A stretch of DNA of 4,142 nt, taken from IMG/VR virus record IMGVR_UViG_2547132415_000009, positions 1 through 4,142 of that record; one strand, given 5' to 3'. Made by a program: the position numbers and the translations under genes. The notes under the pieces were generated by a model that was not told where the DNA came from, searched no databases, and worked only from the letters and a program-made list of their open reading frames with translations. Of the stretch, positions 1 to 4,142 are shown one piece after another. Every line of letters begins with the position of its first letter. The stretch's first letter is position 1. Source of the stretch: a virus. Taxonomy: Duplodnaviria; Heunggongvirae; Uroviricota; Caudoviricetes.

Positions 1-110
1 TCATCGGTTCGTCTGAGAATTACGTGCAACTGCGCACGCGACACCCGGAGACAACGGCTGACTAAGCTTACTCCCCATCCCCGGGCAATAAGGGCGCGTG
101 CGCTATCCAC
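1..110 (-). CDS. insD: IS2 transposase OrfB (InsD), N-terminal 36 codons only; rest lies beyond the window edge
   Basis: Minus-strand translation from GTG at 110: [37 protein letters not shown], the N-terminus of IS2 InsD. It is in the -1 frame relative to InsC and overlaps its 3' end. Confidence 0.88.
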
Positions 111-433
111 TTTTTTGCACGCCCGTATTCAACGGCTTCTTTAAGGAGTTCATTTTCCATCGTTTTTTTGCCGAGCAGGCGCTGGAGTTCTTTAATCTGC
201 TTCATGGCAGCAGCAAGTTCAGAGGCAGGAACGACCTGCTCTCCTGCGGCCACAGCAGTAAGACTTCCCTCCTGGTATTGCTTGCGCCAGAGAAATAACT
301 GGCTGGCTGCCACACCGTGTTGCCGGGCAACAAGGGAGACCGTCATTCCCGGTTCAAAACTCTGCTGAACAATAGCGATCTTTTCCTGTGTAGTACGCCG
401 TCTGCGTTTCTCCGGTCCTAAGACATCAATCAT
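68..433 (-). CDS. insC: IS2 transposase OrfA (InsC), 121 aa
   Basis: Translation [53 protein letters not shown]... matches IS2 InsC as I recall it. The ORF-track start at 478 is a spurious N-terminal extension into the terminal repeat; the ATG at 433 is the authentic start. Confidence 0.93.
110..116 (-). other. A6G slippery heptamer (A AAA AAG in the InsC frame) for programmed -1 frameshifting to make the InsCD fusion transposase
   Basis: Minus strand reads GTGCAAAAAAGTGG. In the InsC frame the codons are GCA AAA AAG, immediately before the InsC/InsD overlap. This is the classic IS3-family frameshift arrangement. Confidence 0.7.
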
Positions 434-483
434 CTGCTCTCCAATGACTAGTCTAAAAACTAGTATTAAGACTATCACTTATT

Positions 484-524
484 TAAGTGATATTGGTTGT
501 CTGGAGATTCAGGGGGCCAGTCTA
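484..524 (-). repeat. IS2 left terminal inverted repeat (IRL, about 41 bp) at the element/prophage boundary
   Basis: The terminal TAGACTGG... motif ends exactly at 524. The adjacent left-end region (441-500) contains the palindromes ACTAGT...ACTAGT and TCACTTAAATAAGTGA typical of the IS2 left end. The exact inner boundary of the IR is approximate. Confidence 0.8.
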
Positions 525-1268
525 AACGCCGATCTCACACGTAACCAGTAAAGGAAAACTAGTTCTCCAATTTAGCTCGCCAATTACAGGCATTCGCTCA
601 CTACAGCTTATCCAACTATCCGGAGTTACCGGATAGTTGCGCATTGCGACCTTTAATGCCTCATAGAAGCAACCTTTCAGATTGTTGAACTGACGCCCAT
701 TAAGAGGACCGTGTTCAGTAAGCATGTTGCGTAATTTCCATGCCGCGTCGTTTACTTCGTTGGATGACAGGGGAGGCAACTTGTAAGTTTGGCTTACAGG
801 TTCGGCACCATGAAGCATGGCGCCGCTCCGCTCTATGCCATCCAGCGCGATTCGCAGTGCCTGAATTGTGGTAGAGCTATCGTTTGGGGCTATTCCATAT
901 CGCTCGAATACAGCTAAATGGTTGCGCATAATCTCAGGCGTAAGCTCTTTGTAAGCATAAGCAAGAGGCTCTGATGCATTATCCGGCACAACCGACGCAG
1001 GCGCGGCAGCATAAACAGGAATAACGTCAGCTTGCTCTTTATTGCTTTCATCCGTTAAAGCCCAGAATAATTTCCCGGCCGGATGTTTGAAAATATAAGC
1101 AACTGGATCTGCTTCCAGCGATGCCAGTGCAATTTTAAATGCGGTAAGTATGTTGTTAACCACACCTATTTCGAATGCTATTTCACTACATACAAACGAT
1201 TTATCGTCTATTATCGACTCAATTCCGGTAATCGTGTTCTGTAACCATTCTTTGGTAAGAGTATTCAT
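522..1268 (-). CDS. Hypothetical prophage accessory protein, 248 aa as read; 3' end truncated by the IS2 insertion (stop codon supplied by the IS2 terminus)
   Basis: Long ORF with ATG at 1268, 2 nt after the stop of the upstream 63-aa ORF. The final codons GGC GTT TAG use 522-524, which are the terminal TAG... nucleotides of IS2, so the native C-terminus is missing. No family recognised with confidence. Confidence 0.6.
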   Translation of the reverse strand: MNTLTKEWLQNTITGIESIIDDKSFVCSEIAFEIGVVNNILTAFKIALASLEADPVAYIFKHPAGKLFWALTDESNKEQADVIPVYAAAPASVVPDNASEPLAYAYKELTPEIMRNHLAVFERYGIAPNDSSTTIQALRIALDGIERSGAMLHGAEPVSQTYKLPPLSSNEVNDAAWKLRNMLTEHGPLNGRQFNNLKGCFYEALKVAMRNYPVTPDSWISCSERMPVIGELNWRTSFPLLVTCEIGV

Positions 1269-1270
1269 AA

Positions 1271-1462
1271 CTATTTCACTTTAATCTCAATATTTCGCAG
1301 CTTTAGCTCTACTGGCAGGTCTGACTTTCCTGTTAACGCTAATGCGAGATTTTCAGGAGTAATGAGAGCAGTTATTGTTTTCCCTATTGCCAGACGAATA
1401 ATCATTCGTATCTCGCGATCGTCACATGCTCCCGGTCGAACAATTGATATTTGTCCGATCAT
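1271..1462 (-). CDS. Hypothetical small protein, 63 aa (MIGQISIVRPGACDDREIRMIIRLAIGKTITALITPENLALALTGKSDLPVELKLRNIEIKVK)
   Basis: ATG at 1462 is preceded by AAAGGAGAG (GGAG 6 nt upstream), and that Shine-Dalgarno overlaps the TGA stop of the upstream 217-aa ORF. The ORF-track start at 1492 looks like a spurious extension. No homology recognised. Confidence 0.5.
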   Translation of the reverse strand: MIGQISIVRPGACDDREIRMIIRLAIGKTITALITPENLALALTGKSDLPVELKLRNIEIKVK

Positions 1463-1463
1463 C

Positions 1464-2117
1464 TCACTCTCCTTTGATGCGAATGCCAGCAAGCCAGTTT
1501 CTTATGCCGATATATTCAGCGTTCCTGAAACCGCTTTTTACATATATAAATGGCAAGCGAAGATTGTGACCATTGGCTGCCAGGTAGTCTTTACAACCCT
1601 GTTCGGTGAAACAGCAGGTAACGAATTCATCAATATCTTTCACAGCAACGCGCCGCCATTTTTCTGGTGGTTCCCGAAAGTTTTCATGAAGTAGTTCGAG
1701 ACGACGACTTTGGAGTTTATTGGCTTCATTGCTATCTTCATCAACCCAGACAATCCGGTCATAGTCATAATCAGCATCAACAACAATTTCGCGCTTTTGA
1801 TACACACAAAACATAGGGTCTGACGTTATTCGATTATCCTGTGTTCGAATGTTTTCACCGATGATGCCAAACGAATCTGGCGTAGGTTTTGTCTGTAACT
1901 CTTCGATACGTTCAGCCAGCGCCGCGCACTTGGCCTCAAGGTTATCAATCGTGATTCCAGCAGAACGACACTCCCGCAACGCCGTTTCCAGTTTTGATTC
2001 AAGTTCACCGAACTTACGGACAAGATATTCAGCGTTTGTTTCGTTAACCTTTAAATCTCGTGGGATGCATTTACCTTTCAGAAATCCATCCATCTCAATT
2101 AGTGACATTTGTTTCAT
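1464..2117 (-). CDS. Hypothetical protein, 217 aa; predicted coiled-coil N-terminal half and acidic, Cys-containing C-terminal half
   Basis: Longest unassigned ORF. The ATG at 2117 overlaps the TGA stop of the upstream 54-aa ORF (ATGA) and has GGAG 9 nt upstream. The ORF-track start at 2135 is a GTG with no Shine-Dalgarno. The helical heptad-like stretch [44 protein letters not shown] is judged by eye. Confidence 0.6.
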   Translation of the reverse strand: MKQMSLIEMDGFLKGKCIPRDLKVNETNAEYLVRKFGELESKLETALRECRSAGITIDNLEAKCAALAERIEELQTKPTPDSFGIIGENIRTQDNRITSDPMFCVYQKREIVVDADYDYDRIVWVDEDSNEANKLQSRRLELLHENFREPPEKWRRVAVKDIDEFVTCCFTEQGCKDYLAANGHNLRLPFIYVKSGFRNAEYIGIRNWLAGIRIKGE

Positions 2118-2278
2118 TTCTTCCCACTCCGCCACATCGCATTCAGATATTTGTTTTGATTCACTGACGGAAAAGAATTTCTCTTAAGCAATTCCTCTCT
2201 CGATGGCATTGGCTTTACGCGTTGGCGAATAATCATTTCTGCCGGAAGAATGCCGGGATTGTATGCAAGTCCTCTCAT
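2114..2278 (-). CDS. Hypothetical small basic protein, 54 aa ([54 protein letters not shown])
   Basis: ATG at 2278 has a strong Shine-Dalgarno (TGAGGAA, 6-nt spacer) that overlaps the TGA stop of the upstream 97-aa ORF. Its own stop overlaps the start of the 217-aa ORF. The ORF track shows a longer 104-aa form from 2428, which would overlap the 97-aa gene out of frame; I prefer the short form. Confidence 0.45.
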   Translation of the reverse strand: MRGLAYNPGILPAEMIIRQRVKPMPSREELLKRNSFPSVNQNKYLNAMWRSGKK

Positions 2279-2288
2279 GGTAAATTCC

Positions 2289-2582
2289 TCAGTCATTACT
2301 GATAGCGCCATAACGTGAGCGGTAATTACGCAGGCGCGGGTCAATTTCAGGGAAGTGGGTATATGTGGCTTTGCGGAATGGTCGGATTGATGTCTGGTAA
2401 ATTCGCTCGCGTTCTTCTTTCTCTGCAAGCCATATACAGTGGCGAAATTCCTTTTCCTCTTTCGTTTCCTGCGGTAGAGACATTATTCGGTCGTAGTTTT
2501 TTCTGAATTTATCCAGCACCTCCGATACGGAATTGCCGGAACAGCGGCGCGGGTCATCCGCACCATACAGAGGCGCTGGCAT
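2289..2582 (-). CDS. Hypothetical highly charged protein, 97 aa
   Basis: ATG at 2582 is preceded by TAAGGAT (AAGGA, 7-nt spacer) in the 23-nt gap after the SSB-like gene. Translation [63 protein letters not shown]... No homology recognised. Confidence 0.55.
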   Translation of the reverse strand: MPAPLYGADDPRRCSGNSVSEVLDKFRKNYDRIMSLPQETKEEKEFRHCIWLAEKEERERIYQTSIRPFRKATYTHFPEIDPRLRNYRSRYGAISND

Positions 2583-2605
2583 AATTAAATCCTTATTTTT
2601 CTAAA

Positions 2606-2989
2606 TCAGAATGGGATGGAATCGTCGTATACAGGAGTGTTCTGCTGGTTACTACTTTGCTGCTGCGGGCCATTTCCTGAAGCTGCAAATCCAATCTTTG
2701 CATTCAGTAATTCAAGAGTGATTGATTGACCATTTTGCCCCTGATAAACATCAACCCTGATGTTTTCTCCGGTAATTTCCACAATGCCACCTTCAGCAAG
2801 AACACTACGGTAGTAATCCGCTTGCGCTCCCGGCTTGGCAAATACAACGGCGCTGTAGTTTGTCCATTCTTTCTTTTTTGTCTGGCGATCGTAATACTGA
2901 ACGCCAGCACGGATGTTGAATCCGATATTTTCCCCGGCCTGAAACTCTCTTGCGGGCTTGTTTAGTCTTACAGTAATCGAATGTGCCAT
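2606..2989 (-). CDS. Phage single-stranded-DNA-binding-like protein (lambda Ea10-like), 127 aa, with acidic C-terminal tip ...VYDDSIPF
   Basis: The C-terminus ends in DDSIPF, closely resembling the conserved SSB C-terminal protein-interaction tip (DDDIPF). The start ATG overlaps the erf stop (TAATG at 2987-2991). The ORF-track N-terminal extension to 3079 runs inside erf and is rejected. The Ea10 family assignment is from memory. Confidence 0.65.
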   Translation of the reverse strand: MAHSITVRLNKPAREFQAGENIGFNIRAGVQYYDRQTKKKEWTNYSAVVFAKPGAQADYYRSVLAEGGIVEITGENIRVDVYQGQNGQSITLELLNAKIGFAASGNGPQQQSSNQQNTPVYDDSIPF

Positions 2990-3594
2990 TAAGCGGCCGC
3001 CCCTTCTAATTCGTCTCGTCTGATGTTGTAAACGTCCTGCGCTTTGTGCTGCTCCGGTGTGCCTTCGAGCATCTTCCACGCTTTGGCGAACGCCTGTTTA
3101 AGCTCTTCCACGGTGTTTTTCTGCAATGCTGCGTCAGTGAATGCTTTTAGAACCTGTTCAGGTGTAGGTGATGGTTTTGATTGCTTTGCTGCTGCGTTCT
3201 GCTGATGTTTATGCTCGTCGGTATCTGCATCTTTCGCATCATCAATGCCGAACAAACCATTGAGGCAATACTTGCGTGCATAAGAGCTTGTAGCTCCAGT
3301 AACTTGTGCAGAATCCATTCCTTTCTTGCTTTCTTCCTCTCGTGCAAGAGCGGTTGCCGTATGACTGTTTTCGCCATCGGTAATAGTTGCCGTGGCTTTC
3401 ACGTAATACCGATCACCAATCAACACAACTTCATCGCTGATTGATAAAAACAGGCCATTCAGTAACGGCTTAACGCCTTCAAGAATGTCTTCGCAGCTTC
3501 TGTATTTATATTTGCCGAATGAGTTGTACTGATTCTTTGGCGCGTTCAGATTCTCCTGAATAGCTGCCAGTCTTGCGTAAAATTCTTTGCTCAT
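2989..3594 (-). CDS. erf: Erf-family single-strand annealing protein (essential recombination function, P22 Erf-like), 201 aa
   Basis: Translation MSKEFYARLAAIQENLNAPKNQYNSFGKYKYRSCEDILEGVKPLLNGLFLSISDEVVLIGDRYYVKATATITDGENSH...ATSSYARKYCLNGLFGIDDAKDADT matches the P22 Erf N-terminal domain as I recall it. The start is placed at the ATG at 3594 (MSKEF...); the ORF-track start at 3624 is a TTG extension. Confidence 0.85.
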   Translation of the reverse strand: MSKEFYARLAAIQENLNAPKNQYNSFGKYKYRSCEDILEGVKPLLNGLFLSISDEVVLIGDRYYVKATATITDGENSHTATALAREEESKKGMDSAQVTGATSSYARKYCLNGLFGIDDAKDADTDEHKHQQNAAAKQSKPSPTPEQVLKAFTDAALQKNTVEELKQAFAKAWKMLEGTPEQHKAQDVYNIRRDELEGAAA

Positions 3595-3683
3595 ATGTTT
3601 GTTCTCAGAATGGACATGGCCCAAGGAAATAACGCTGATTTAATACTTCAGTCTTTGCCGCATTTAAAAATACGCGAACACCT

Positions 3684-3854
3684 TCACGATCTCCCTTCTG
3701 GCGATACATTAACGCCTGCTGCGTGTACATGCGTCTCTGTAACTTGCTCTCCTTCACTGTGGTTGCAAGTGACATGCATATCTCCTTCGTTACCGATTAA
3801 TTCTTTCATCTGACGAATGAATTCTTCGTCTGACCAGTTATCTGTAAAACTCAT
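3684..3854 (-). CDS. Hypothetical small acidic protein, 56 aa, with a His/Cys cluster (MHVTCNHSEGEQVTETHVH); sits where kil/arf lie in P22
   Basis: ATG at 3854 overlaps the TGA stop of the cIII-like ORF (ATGA), with AAGG 6 nt upstream. The ORF-track start at 3884 is a TTG extension. No confident homology. Confidence 0.45.
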   Translation of the reverse strand: MSFTDNWSDEEFIRQMKELIGNEGDMHVTCNHSEGEQVTETHVHAAGVNVSPEGRS

Positions 3855-4021
3855 GGACGGCCTTGTTGTTTCAAAATATCCCAAAGCTTTTCGAGCAAAC
3901 TTTTCATTCTTGGTTGTTTAAAGTCTGCTCCGGTTAAAATATTTTTTCGTGAATGCTGTACCGATAAAATCGGGTTGAAAGGGCGAACCGATGCCGCCCC
4001 TGCAATAGCGAACTGTTGCAT
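3851..4021 (-). CDS. cIII-like small regulator, 56 aa (MQQFAIAGAASVRPFNPILSVQHSRKNILTGADFKQPRMKSLLEKLWDILKQQGRP); putative FtsH-inhibitor family
   Basis: Not in the supplied ORF track; found by hand translation. Strong Shine-Dalgarno AAGGAG with a 6-nt spacer before the ATG at 4021. The N-terminal MQ-FAIAG and C-terminal KLWDILKQQGRP resemble lambda CIII (MQYAIAG... KRLIDILNQPGVP) as I remember it, and the length is similar. Confidence 0.5.
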   Translation of the reverse strand: MQQFAIAGAASVRPFNPILSVQHSRKNILTGADFKQPRMKSLLEKLWDILKQQGRP

Positions 4022-4142
4022 AGGATGCTCCTTCTGTTTGATTGCATAACGAAAACGCCTCGAGTGAAGCGTTATTGGTATGCGGTAACGCCGCGCTCAG
4101 GCGGCTTTGATAGTCATATCATCTGAATCAAATATTCCTGAT

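Larger units (their letters stand above)
1..524 (-). mobile_element. IS2 insertion sequence (IS3 family), left ~524 bp only; element continues beyond the 5' edge of the window
   Basis: Minus strand from 524 downward reads TAGACTGGCCCCCTGAATCTCCAGACAACCAATATCACTTAAATAAGTGATAG..., which I recognise as the IS2 left end. It is followed by the InsC ORF and the start of InsD in the -1 frame with an A6G slippery site. Recognition is from memory, not a search. Confidence 0.93.

Noticed and set aside
98-368. Plus-strand ORFs 98-298 and 168-368 inside IS2
   Set aside because: They are antisense to the well-recognised insC/insD genes and have no ribosome-binding site or recognisable product. These are chance open frames.
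434-478. N-terminal extension of InsC to 478 shown in the ORF track ([15 protein letters not shown]...)
   Set aside because: It runs into the IS2 terminal repeat and promoter region; the authentic InsC starts at MIDVLGPEK (433).
525-1462. Possibility that this is the E. coli K-12 Qin prophage ydfD-ydfE-IS2 junction
   Set aside because: The arrangement (a 63-aa gene, a longer gene, then IS2) is reminiscent of Qin, but the upstream genes here are erf and ssb-like rather than the dicF/dicB region I recall for Qin. I cannot verify protein identity without a search, so no Qin gene names are assigned.
1661-1669. Chi-like octamer (TCTGGTGG)
   Set aside because: One mismatch from the Chi consensus GCTGGTGG; not a true Chi site.
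1362-2187. Plus-strand ORFs 1362-1694 and 1849-2187, and minus-strand internal ORF 1826-2023
   Set aside because: Antisense to, or out of frame within, the minus-strand 217-aa and 63-aa ORFs, which have proper Shine-Dalgarno sites and translational coupling. Low-complexity, Ser/Cys-rich translations typical of non-coding frames.
2278-2428. Long form (104 aa, start 2428) of the ORF ending at 2114
   Set aside because: Its first ~45 codons would overlap the 97-aa gene out of frame. The internal ATG at 2278 has a strong Shine-Dalgarno placed exactly at the 97-aa stop, so the 54-aa form is preferred. An alternative ATG at 2296 cannot be fully excluded.
2315-2965. Plus-strand ORFs 2315-2506 and 2726-2965, and minus-strand internal ORF 2704-2910
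   Set aside because: Antisense to, or embedded in, the 97-aa gene and the SSB-like gene; no start context.
3147-3813. ORFs 3147-3377 (-), 3181-3444 (+) and 3595-3813 (+)
   Set aside because: They overlap erf or the acidic small ORF in other frames or strands. Erf homology fixes the true frame.
4089-4110. Short hairpin GCCGC-(6 nt)-GCGGC followed by TTT on the plus strand, as a candidate terminator
   Set aside because: The stem is only 5 bp and the T-tract is 3 nt. On the minus strand, the direction of all genes, it is not followed by a U-tract. Too weak to call.
4097-4142. Open minus-strand frame running in from the 3' window edge and stopping at 4097 (...SGIFDSDDMTIKAA), a possible C-terminus of an upstream early-left gene
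   Set aside because: Only about 15 codons are visible, with no way to recognise a product; noted but not annotated.
1-4142. CRISPR arrays, tRNA or rRNA genes
   Set aside because: No repeat-spacer periodicity, no cloverleaf-like conserved tRNA motifs and no rRNA-like sequence. Minus-strand coding density from 525 to 4021 is nearly complete.

Overview
The window is a junction between a partial IS2 insertion sequence (1-524, minus strand, running off the 5' edge) and the early-left operon of a lambdoid, P22-like prophage (525-4142). All credible genes are on the minus strand and read from high to low coordinates. In transcription order they are: a cIII-like 56-aa regulator (not in the supplied ORF track), a small acidic 56-aa protein, an Erf-type single-strand annealing recombinase, a small phage SSB-like protein with an acidic DDSIPF tail, then five tightly packed accessory ORFs I cannot assign to any family (97, 54, 217, 63 and 248 aa). 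The last of these is cut by the IS2 left end, which donates its stop codon. The unassigned accessory cassette at 525-2582 is the best candidate for an undescribed system, but its function is inference from position and gene organisation only. All identifications are by recall and reading of the sequence; no database search or computation was run. No tRNA, rRNA or CRISPR array is present.
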